This document shows positions 1-12,764 of a stretch of 64,000 nt of DNA, piece after piece. Below the pieces are notes generated by a model that had not been told where the DNA came from, searched no databases, and saw nothing but the letters and a program-made list of their open reading frames with translations. Each line of letters starts with the position of its first letter. Position 1 is the first letter of the stretch. Source of the stretch: Eledone cirrhosa (taxonomy: Eukaryota); the NCBI GenBank assembly GCA_964016885.1, contig OZ024740.1, positions 1,922,001-1,986,000 on the forward strand, given 5' to 3'. The translations under genes were made by a program, and so were the position numbers.

Positions 1-3000
1 TGACATAGACATAGTCACATATAGTGACATAGACATACAGTCACATAGTGACATATACATACAGTCACATATAGTGACATAGACATAGAGTCACATATAG
101 TGACATAGACATATAGTCACATATTGTCACATAGACATATAGTGACATAGACATATAGAGTCACATATAGTGATGTAGACATATAGTCACATAGACATAT
201 ACAGTCACATATAGTCACATATAGTGCCATAGACATACACTCACATATAGTGACATAGACATATACAGTCACATATAGTGACATAGACAGTCACATACAG
301 TGACATAGACAGATACAGTCACATATAGTGACATAGACACATAGTAACATATAGTGACATAGACATATACAGTCACATATAGTCACATAGACATATAGAG
401 TCACATATAGTGACATAGACATAGACAGTCACATATAGTGACATAGACATATAGTCACATATAGTGACATAGACATATAGAGTCACAGTGACATAGACAT
501 ACAGTCACATATAGTGACTTAGACATATACAGTCAAATATAGTGACATAGACATATACAGTCACATATAGTGACATAGACATATAGAGTCACATATAGTG
601 ACATAGACATATAGTCACATATAGTCACATAGACATATACAGTCACATATAGTCACATATAGTGCCATAGACATACACTCACATATAGTGACATAGACAT
701 ATACAGTGACATAGACAGTCACATACAGTGACATAGACAGATACAGTCACATATAGTGACATAGACACATAGTAACATATAGTGACATAGACATATACAG
801 TCACATATAGTCACATAGACATATAGAGTCACATATAGTGACATAGACATAGACAGTCACATATAGTGACATAGACATAGACAGTCACATATAGTCACAT
901 ATAGTGACATAGACATATAGTCACATATAGTGACATAGACATATAGAGTCACATATAGTGACATAGACTTACAGTCACATATAGTGACTTAGACATATAC
1001 AGTCACATATAGTGACATAGACATATAGTCACATATAGTGACATAGACATATAGTCACATATAGTCACATAGACATAGACAGTCACATATAGTGACATAG
1101 ACATATAGTGACATAGACATATAGAGTCATATAGTGACATAGACTTATAGTCACATATAGTGACTTAGACATATACAGTCACATATAGTCACATCGATAC
1201 ATATAGTGACATAGACATATACAGTCACATATAGTGACATAGACATATACAGTCACATATAGTGACATATACAGATACAGTCACATATAGTGACATAGAC
1301 ATATGGTCACATATAGTGACATAGACATAGTCACATATAGTGACATAGACATAGACAGTCACATATAGTGACATAGACATAGACAGTCACATATAGTCAC
1401 ATAGACATACAGTCACATATAGTGACATAGACATATAGAGTCACATATAGTGACATAGACATATACAGTCACATATAGTCACATAGACATATAGAGTCAC
1501 ATATAGTGACATAGACATATTCAGTCACATATAGTCACATAGACATACACTCACATATAGTGACATAGACATATAGTCACATATAGTGACATAGACATAC
1601 AGTCACATGTAGTGACATAGACATATACAGTCACATATAGTGACATAGACATAGTCACATATAGTGACATAGACATATACAGTCAAATACAGTCACATAT
1701 AGTGACATAGACATATACAGTCACATATAGTGACATAGATATATAGAGTCACATATAGTGACATAGACATATAGTCACATATAGTGACATAAACATATAG
1801 TCACATATAGTGACTTAGACATATACAGTTACATATAGTCACATCGACACAGTCACATATAGTGACATAGACATACAGTCACATAAAGTGACATCGACAC
1901 AGTCACATATAGTGACATAGATGTATAGATTCACATATAGTGACATAGACATATACAGTCACATATAGTCACATAGACGTATAGTCACATATAGTGACAT
2001 ATACATATACAGTGACATACAGTCACATATAGTGACATAGACATATACAGTCACATATAGTCACATAGACATATAGTCACATATAGTGACATAGACATAT
2101 ACAGTCACATATAGTGACATGAGACATATACAGTCACATATAGTGACATAGACATATACAGTCACATATAGTGACATAGACATAGTCACATATAGTGACA
2201 TAGACATAGTCACATAGTGACATATACATAGAGTCACATATAGTGACATAGACATATACAGTCATATATAGTGACATAGACATATACAGTCACATATAGT
2301 GACATAGACATATACAGTCACATATAGTGACATAGACATAGTCACATATAGTGACATAGACATAGTCACATAGTGACATATACATACAGTCACATATAGT
2401 GACATAGACATATGCAGTCACATATAGTGACATAGACATAGTCACATATAGTGACATAGACATAGTCACATATAGTGACATAGACATATACAGTCACATA
2501 TAGTGACAGACATATACAGTCACATATAGTGACATAGACATAGTCACATATAGTGACATAGACATATACAGTCACATATAGTGACATAGACATATAGAGT
2601 CACATATAGTGACATAGACATATACAGTCACATATAGTGACATAGACATAGTCACATATAGTGACATAGTCATACAGTCAAATATAGTGACATAGACATA
2701 TACAGTCAGATATAGTCACATAGACATATAGTCACATGTAGTGACATAGACATATAGTCACATGTAGTGGCGTAGACACAGTCACATATAGTGACATAGA
2801 CACACACAGTGACATATAGTGACATAGACACACACAGTCACATATAGTGACATATAGTGACATATAGTGACATATAGTGACATAGACACACACAGTCACA
2901 TATAGTGACATATAGTGACAGACACACACAGTGACATATAGTGACATATAGTGACATAGACACACACAGTGACATATAGTGACATAGACACACACAGTGA

Positions 3001-6000
3001 CATATAGTGACATATAGTGACATAGACACACAGTCACATATAGTGACATATAGTGACATAGACACACACAGTGACATATAGTGACATAGACACACACTGA
3101 CATATAGTGACATATAGTGACATACACACACAGTCACATATAGTGATATATAGTGACATAGACACACACAGTCACATATAGTGACATATAGTGACATAGA
3201 CACACACAGTCACATATAGTCACATATAGTGACATAGACACACACAGTCACATATAGTGACATAGACACACACAGTGACATAGACACACACAGTCACATA
3301 TAGTGACATAGACACACACAGTGACATATAGTGACATAGACACACACAGTCACATATAGTGACATATAGTGACATAGACACACACAGTGACATATAGTGA
3401 CATAGACACACACAGTCACATATAGTGACATATAGTGACATAGACACACACAGTGACATATAGTGACATAGACACACACAGTGACATATAGTGATATAGA
3501 CACACACAGTGACATATAGTGACATAGACACATACAGTCACATAGACATATACAGTCACATATAGTGACATAGATACATATAGTCACATATAGTCACATA
3601 TAGTCACATAGACATATACAGTCACATATAGTGACATAGATACATATAGTCACATATAGTCACATATAGTGACATATAGTGACATAGACATATACAGTCA
3701 CATAGACACATATAGTGACAGATACATACAGTCACATATAGTGATATAGACACATATAGTGACATAGACATATACAGTCACATAGATACATATAGTCACA
3801 TATAGTGACATAGACATATACAGTCACATATAGTCACATAGATACATATAGTCACATATAGTGACATAGACATATACAGTGACATATAGTCACATAGACA
3901 TACACTCACATATAGTGACAGATACATACAGTCACATATAGTCACATAGACATATACAGTCACATGTAGTGACATAGACACAGTCACATATAGTGACATA
4001 GACAGTCACATATAGTGACATAGACATATACAGTCACATATAGTGACATAGACACATATTCACATATAGTGACAGACATATACAGTCACATATAGTGACA
4101 TAGACATATACAGTCACATATTGTGACATAGACATAGACAGTCACATATAGTCACATAGATACATACAGTCACATATAGTGACATAGACATATACAGTCA
4201 CATATAGTGACATAAACATAGACAGTCACATATAGTGACATAGACATATGGTCACATGTAGTGACAGACATATACAGTCACATATAGTGACATAGACACA
4301 TACAGTGACATATAGTCACATATAGTGACATCGATACATAGTCACATATAGTGACATAGACACACATAGTCACATATAGTGACATATACAGATACAGTCA
4401 CATATAGTGACATATACAGATAGTCACATATAGTGACATATACAGATACAGTCACATATAGTGACATATACAGATAGTCACATATAGTGACATAGACAGA
4501 TAGTCACATATAGTGACATATACAGATACAGTCACATATAGTGACATAGACACATAGTCACATATAGTGACATAGACATATACAGTCACATATAGTGACA
4601 TATACAGATAGTCACATATAGTGACATATACAGATACAGTCACATATAGTGACATATATAGATACATTCACATATAGTGACATAGCCATATACAGTCACA
4701 TATAGTGACATAGACATATACAGTCACATATAGTGACATAGACAGATACAGTCACATATAGTGACATAGACACATAGTCACATATAGTGACATATACAGA
4801 TACAGTCACATATAGTGACATAGACATAGACAGTCACATATAGTGACATAGACACAGTCACATATAGTGACATAGATATATACAGTCACATATAGTGACA
4901 TAGACATAGACAGTCACATATAGTGACATAGACTTATACAGTCACATATAGTGACATAGACGTAGTCACATATAGTGACATAGACATTTAGTGACAGAGA
5001 TATAGAGTTTCATATAGTGACAGACATATAGTCACATATAGTGACATAGACATATAGAGTCACATATAGTCACATATAAATAGATTCACATATAGTGACA
5101 GATACATAGTCACATATAGTGACATAGACATATACAGTCATGTAGTGACATAGACATATACAGTCAAATATACTCACATAGACATACAGTCACATATAGT
5201 GACATAGACATAGTCACATAGTGACATATACATACAGTCACATATAGTGACATAGACATATACAGTCATGTAGTGACATAGACATATACAGTCACATATA
5301 GTGACATAGACATAGTCACATATAGTGACATAGACATAGTCACATAGTGACATATACATACAGTCACATATAGTGACATAGACATATAGTCACATATAGT
5401 GACATAGACATATACAGTTACATATAGTGACATAGACATAGTCACATATAGTGACAGACATATGGTCACATAGTGACATATACATACAGTCACATATAGT
5501 GACATAGACATACAGTCACATAGTGACATATACATACAGTCACATATAGTGACATAGACATATAGTCACATATAGTGACATAGACATATACAGTCACATA
5601 TAGTGACATAGACATAGTCACATATAGTGACATAGACATATGGTCACATAGTGACATATACATACAGTCACATATAGTGACATAGACATACAGTCACATA
5701 GTGACATATACATACAGTCACATATAGTGACATAGACATACAGTCACATATTGTGACATAGACTTATACAGTCACATATAGTGACATAGACATATAGAGT
5801 CACATATAGTGACATAGACATATAGTCACATAGACATATAGAGTCACATATAGTGACATAGACATATACAGTCACATATAGTCACATAGACATATACAGT
5901 CACATATAGTCACATATAGTGACATAGACATACACTCACATATAGTGACAGACATATACAGTCACATATAGTGACATAGACAGTCACATACAGTGACATA

Positions 6001-9000
6001 GACAGATACAGTCACATATAGTGACATAGACATATACAGTCACATATAGTCAGACATATACAGTCACATATAGTCACATAGACATATAGAGTCACATATA
6101 GTGACATAGACATAGACAGTCACATATAGTGACATAGACATATAGTCACATATAGTGACATAGACATATAGAGTCACATAGTGACATAGACATACAGTCA
6201 CATATAGTGACTTAGACATATACAGTCACATATAGTGACATAGACATATACAGTCACATATAGTCATATAGATACATATAGTGACATAGACATATACAGT
6301 CACATATAGTCACATAGACGTTAACAGTCACATATAGTGACATATACAGATACAGTCACATATAGTGACATAGACATAGTGACATAGACATAGTCACATA
6401 TAGTGACATAGACATAGACAGTCACATATAGTGACATAGACATATACAGTCACATATAGTGACATAGACATAGTCACATATAGTGACATAGACATAGACA
6501 GTCACATATAGTGACATAGACATAGTCATATATAGTCACATAGACATATACATACAGTCACATATAGTGACATAGACATACAGTCACATAGTGACATATA
6601 CATACAGTCACATATAGTGACATAGACATAGACATATAGTGACATAGACATATACAGTCACATATAGTGACATAGACATAGTCACATATAGTGACATAGA
6701 CATATGGTCACATAGTGACATATACATACAGTCACATATAGTGACATAGACATACAGTCACATATAGTGACATAGACACATACAGTCACATATATTGACA
6801 TAGACATAGTCACATATAGTGACATAGACATACAGTCACATAGTGACATATACATACAGTCACATATAGTGACATAGACATAGAGTCACATATAGTGACA
6901 TAGACGTATAGTCACATATTGTCACATAGACATATAGTGACATAGACATATAGAGTCACATATAGTGATGTAGACATATAGTCACATAGACATATACAGT
7001 CACATATAGTCACATATAGTGCCATAGACATACACTCACATATAGTGACATAGACATATACAGTCACATATAGTGACATAGACAGTCACATACAGTGACA
7101 TAGACAGATACAGTCACATATAGTGACATAGACACATAGTAACATATAGTGACATAGACATATACAGTCACATATAGTCACATAGACATATAGAGTCACA
7201 TATAGTGACATAGACATAGACAGTCACATATAGTGACATAGACATATAGTCACATATAGTGACATAGACATATAGAGTCACAGTGACATAGACATACAGT
7301 CACATATAGTGACTTAGACATATACAGTCAAATATAGTGACATAGACATATACAGTCACATATAGTGACATAGACATATAGAGTCACATATAGTGACATA
7401 GACATATAGTCACATATAGTCACATAGACATATACAGTCACATATAGTCACATATAGTGCCATAGACATACACTCACATATAGTGACATAGACATATACA
7501 GTGACATAGACAGTCACATACAGTGACATAGACAGATACAGTCACATATAGTGACATAGACACATAGTAACATATAGTGACATAGACATATACAGTCACA
7601 TATAGTCACATAGACATATAGAGTCACATATAGTGACATAGACATAGACAGTCACATATAGTGACATAGACATAGACAGTCACATATAGTCACATATAGT
7701 GACATAGACATATAGTCACATATAGTGACATAGACATATAGAGTCACATATAGTGACATAGACTTACAGTCACATATAGTGACTTAGACATATACAGTCA
7801 CATATAGTGACATAGACATATAGTCACATATAGTGACATAGACATATACAGTCACATATAGTCACATAGACATAGACAGTCACATATAGTGACATAGACA
7901 TATAGTGACATAGACATATAGAGTCATATAGTGACATAGACTTATAGTCACATATAGTGACTTAGACATATACAGTCACATATAGTCACATAGATACATA
8001 CAGTCACATATAGTCACATCGATACATATAGTGACATAGACATATTCAGTCACATATAGTGACATAGACATATACAGTCACATATAGTGACATATACAGA
8101 TACAGTCACATATAGTGACATAGACATATGGTCACATATAGTGACATAGACATAGTCACATATAGTGACATAGACATAGACAGTCACATATAGTGACATA
8201 GACATAGACAGTCACATATAGTGACATAGACATAGTCACATATAGTGACATAGACATTTAGTGACAGAGATATAGAGTTTCATATAGTGACAGACATATA
8301 GTCACATATAGTGACATAGACATATAGAGTCACATATAGTCACATATACATAGATTCACATATAGTGACAGATACATAGTCACATATAGTGACATAGACA
8401 TATACAGTCACATAGTGACATAGACATATACAGTCAAATATAGTCACATAGACATACAGTCACATATAGTGACATAGACATATAGAGTCACATATAGTGA
8501 CATAGACATATACAGTCACATATAGTCACATAGACATATAGAGTCACATATAGTGACATAGACATATTCAGTCACATATAGTCACATAGACATACACTCA
8601 CATATAGTGACATAGACATATAGTCACATATAGTGACATAGACATACAGTCACATGTAGTGACATAGACATATACAGTCACATATAGTGACATAGACATA
8701 GTCACATATAGTGACATAGACATATACAGTCAAATACAGTCACATATAGTGACATAGACATATACAGTCACATATAGTGACATAGATATATAGAGTCACA
8801 TATAGTGACATAGACATATAGTCACATATAGTGACATAAACATATAGTCACATATAGTGACTTAGACATATACAGTTACATATAGTCACATCGACACAGT
8901 CACATATAGTGACATAGACATACAGTCACATAAAGTGACATCGACATACAGTCACATAAAGTGACATCGACACAGTCACATATAGTGACATAGATGTATA

Positions 9001-9960
9001 GATTCACATATAGTGACATAGACATATACAGTCACATATAGTCAGACATATACAGTCACATATAGTGACATAGACATATACAGTCACATATAGTCACATA
9101 GACGTATAGTCACATATAGTGACATATACATATACAGTGACATACAGTCACATATAGTGACATAGACATATACAGTCACATATAGTCACATAGACATATA
9201 GTCACATATAGTGACATAGACATATACAGTCACATATAGTGACATGAGACATATACAGTCACATATAGTGACATAGACATATACAGTCACATATAGTGAC
9301 ATAGACATAGTCACATATAGTGACATAGACATAGTCACATAGTGACATATAGATAGAGTCACATATAGTGACATAGACATATACAGTCATATATAGTGAC
9401 ATAGACATATACAGTCACATATAGTGACATAGACATATACAGTCACATATAGTGACATAGACATAGTCACATATAGTGACATAGACATAGTCACATAGTG
9501 ACATATACATACAGTCACATATAGTGACATAGACATATGCAGTCACATATAGTGACATAGACATAGTCACATATAGTGACATAGACATAGTCACATATAG
9601 TGACATAGACATATACAGTCACATATAGTGACAGACATATACAGTCACATATAGTGACATAGACATAGTCACATATAGTGACATAGACATATACAGTCAC
9701 ATATAGTGACATAGACATATAGAGTCACATATAGTGACATAGACATATACAGTCACATATAGTGACATAGACATAGTCACATATAGTGACATAGTCATAC
9801 AGTCAAATATAGTGACATAGACATATACAGTCAGATATAGTCACATAGACATATAGTCACATGTAGTGACATAGACATATAGTCACATGTAGTGGCGTAG
9901 ACACAGTCACATATAGTGACATAGACATATACAGTCACATATAGTGACATAGACATATAC
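1..9960. repeat. Complex short-unit satellite (GTCACATATA / GTGACATAGACATATACA variants), running off the window start
   Basis: Continuous array of ~10-28 bp units. Diagnostic variants recur at an offset of ~6.8-7.1 kb (e.g. GTAGTGGCGTAGACAC at ~2764 and ~9889; near-identical ORF-track peptides at 2061/9186 and 2290/9415). Confidence 0.97.
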
Positions 9961-10150
9961 ACACTATCATACAGGCACACTCAGACACACACACATACTC
10001 AGACAAACGTACACACGCACACATTCAGAAATTCTAGCTCTAGTAGTAAGTAGAAAGTGAAGGGGAGGGGGGGGGGGGGGGGGGTAAACAGCTTGGGTCT
10101 TTTACATGAGAAATGTGTGTGTGTGTATTTTTGCATCTCTGTACTTGTCT

Positions 10151-10240
10151 TGACGAAGGACCATGACAAGTGGAGAGATGCTGTGCTGAATAGGGCCTGT
10201 CCAACCCTCGCAAGTAGGGAAAAGCAGACATAAAATGATG

Positions 10241-10241
<1 letters not shown>
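10151..10241 (+). mobile_element. 3' terminal remnant of RTE LINE family B
   Basis: TGACGAAGGACCATGACAAGTGGAGAGATGCTGTGCTGAATA...AGGGAAAAGCAGACATAAAATGATGAT matches the 3' end of the RTE fragment at ~12564-12645 and ends in a (TGA)n tail. Confidence 0.75.
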
Positions 10242-10268
<27 letters not shown>

Positions 10269-10272
<4 letters not shown>

Positions 10273-10670
10273 CACGTAAGAAACGGAGAATCAGTGGTGC
10301 GACGAATTAAAATTTATTAGACATATTACAATCGTTTCTTTGGCGACCAGCTCGAGGCACAATCGATGTAATGCTCGAACCTGACTCTGAAATCTCAAGA
10401 TCCTCAGAAACGTTCCCTTCATTTGGAAACTCTGCTTCAAAGAATCAAGATGTATCTGAGGATCTTGCGATTTCAGAGTCAGGTTCGATCATTACATCGA
10501 TTGTGCCTCAAGCTGGTCACCAGAGAAACAATTGTAATATGTCTAATAAATTTTAATTCGTTACACCACTGATCCTTTATTTCTTACGTGATATCATACT
10601 CTGCCCTGTAAGAGCATCGAGTGCTCAAACAGCCTACCGCATACGGACACTTTAAACATCCAACACCAAT
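10269..10670 (+). mobile_element. Penelope-like (PLE) remnant: inverted partial pLTR + pLTR + 3' extension, between (TA)n tracts
   Basis: ~140-bp imperfect inverted arms at 10269-10408 and 10455-10594. The arm holds a hammerhead core and AATAAA, followed by an unpaired 3' extension at 10595-10670, with (TA)n on both sides. This matches the known architecture of PLE insertions. Confidence 0.7.
10449..10543 (+). ncRNA. Type I hammerhead ribozyme with extended stem II
   Basis: Stem I GATGTAT(10449-55)/ATATGTC(10537-43), with 2 G-U pairs. Core CTGAGGA at 10456-62. ~62-nt imperfect stem II closed by TCT/AGA with an internal TCGAT/ATCGA helix. GAAA at 10525-28, palindromic CAATTG, GUA cleavage triplet ending at 10536, AATAAA at 10545-50. 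Confidence 0.75.
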
Positions 10671-10887
10671 TATATATATATATATATACTGTCTATATGG
10701 CTATGTACCACTAATGTCCTCATTTGCGAGTAACTTTCTTTTATAATCTTTATTATACCCATTGCTACAGACCACAACACCTTCACTCTCTTTAAATATG
10801 ACACAATTGATAGCAACAATAATATCAACGTATCTTTATGATTGTTCTGTTAAATAGGAATTTAATTATATGTTTAAGCTTTGCCAA

Positions 10888-10934
10888 TGCTCTGATGATA
10901 CCAAACAGCTGTTTGGAAGAAACAATTGTCAGCA
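10888..10934 (+). ncRNA. Minimal type I hammerhead ribozyme (PLE-type)
   Basis: TGCT-CTGATGA-TA-CCAAACAGCTGTTTGG-AA-GAAA-CAATTG-TC-AGCA. Stem I is TGCT/AGCA, stem II contains a perfect 16-nt palindrome, the GUC triplet ends at 10930, and AATAAA follows immediately. Confidence 0.85.
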
Positions 10935-11134
10935 ATAAAATGTATTAAACATAGATTTAATTGTTCTGTACTTTATATTGCTGTTCTGTAAGACATCTGA
11001 TGTATTTACATTGAGCTATTTCTCATATTGTTAATAAGGTGGTAAAAAATAAAAAATACTGACCTTTCCTATTTATAATTATATATAGTTTATATATAAG
11101 TATAAATGATATTATATATATATATATATATATA

Positions 11135-11922
11135 CTTAAGAAAATCAACAAAGAGAGGGTAAGGCAAAACGAAAGAGGAAACCTTAAAACATTTTAAAAA
11201 AATTAGGCGATTTAGCGATCTCTTTCTCTTTTTAGATAGATACAGAGATATGACGTCGCACCTTCATTATATCTGTCTGTATGTCTGGCTGTCTGCATTA
11301 CAACATTATGACGCGATCAGTGTGTGTGTGTGTGTGTGTGTATATATAAATATTCTTATGCCAGGGAACATCTTCATGAACCAAAGTATCGTCTTCCTGT
11401 TTTCCTTCGGTTGCAAAGTTTTTCGAAATATTTACATCTGCGTACACAGATTGATTTTTTTAGTTTCAGAAGATCCCGTTAAGGTTGAAAGCAGCGATTC
11501 TTTGCTTAAACATTAATATGTTATTTTAATATAGATATTCGTGTACAGATATTTTTGCATACACAAAAACAAAATATAAACAAACAAGGCCAACGATTAC
11601 ATCAGTTAGTCTTAGTGTACTTCATACTGCTTTCAGGTAGAAGATCCCGTTAAGGGTGAAAGCAGCGATTCATTTTCCTTATTCACAGATTTTTTTAGTT
11701 TCAGAAGATCCCGGTAAGTGTGAAAGCAGCAATTCTTTGCTTAAACTTTAATTTGTTATTTTAATATATATATAATTATATATTTGTATACAGATATTTT
11801 TGCATACACAATAACAAAATATAAACAAGGTATTTATTTCACGAGGCTCGATAAGGATAAATATATATCAAATATATAAGAACCCTAGAGCAAATCCTGA
11901 GCAACACCGGGCCATTCTGCTA

Positions 11923-11923
<1 letters not shown>
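11135..11923 (+). mobile_element. Non-autonomous Helitron-like element in (TA)n
   Basis: 3' end CCTGAGCAACACCGGG (degenerate hairpin)...CTAG|T, internal direct duplication (~11445-11583 / ~11685-11828), (TA)n flanks. No coding evidence. Confidence 0.5.
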
Positions 11924-11972
<49 letters not shown>

Positions 11973-11974
<2 letters not shown>

Positions 11975-12646
11975 AAGGGAAATTAGACAGTAGAAGTCAC
12001 ATTGATAGACACATTTTTCAAATGCAGGCGGGTGCTATAGAAGTGGTGGATAGCGTCCGGTACCTAGGAGATCAGATTAGCATGGGAGGGGTGTTCCGAG
12101 GCCATAGTATCTAGAATAAGGACGGGTTGGAAGAAGTTTAGGGGGCTGCTTCCTCTGCTGATGAAGAAGGGTTTCTCCCTGCGTACGAAAGGCTGGTTGT
12201 ATGATGCCTGTGTGAGGAACGCGATGCTGCATGGTAGTGAGACATGGGCAGCATCTGCAGAGGATATGCAACGGCTGGAGAGAAATGAGGCAAGCATGCT
12301 CCATTGGATGTGCAATGTCAATGTGCGTGAACGACCCAGCATCAATGTGTTGAGAGAGAAACTGTGTCTGAGAGAGATAGAATGTAGTGTGCGGGAGAGG
12401 AGACTGAGGTGGTATGGACATGTGATGCGCATGGAGGATGACCGATGGGTGAGGAAGTGCCAGGAAATGCCAGTTGAAGGAAGACGTGGTAGAGGTAAAC
12501 CACGAAAAACATGGGCGGAGGTGGTGAGAACAGACCTCAGATCGCTGAAGCTCATAGTGAAGATGACGAAGGACCGTGACAAGGGGAGAGATGCTGTGCT
12601 GAATAAGACCCATCCTACCCTTGCAAGCAGGGAAAAGTGATGATGA
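11973..12646 (+). mobile_element. 5'-truncated RTE LINE, family B (C-terminal RT region and 3' end)
   Basis: Encodes IEVVDSVRYLGD and then LYDACVRNAMLHGSETW..RRLRWYGHVMR..RGRGKPRKTW (ORF 12161-12640). The tail ACCCTTGCAAGCAGGGAAAAG(TGA)n sits directly at the ORF end. Nucleotide sequence differs clearly from family A. Confidence 0.9.
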
Positions 12647-12764
12647 GTGTAACTTGGAGTTACTGTAGGTTCACGCGGGTGAGCACTCGATTTTTAGTCT
12701 CACTCCAGTGTCGAGGTATGGAGCTAGACAGTGTATTATAGTGAAATAAAATAACAAGGACGAA

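Noticed and set aside
2061-9718. MSLYVT-repeat ORFs
   Set aside because: They are satellite translation artefacts.
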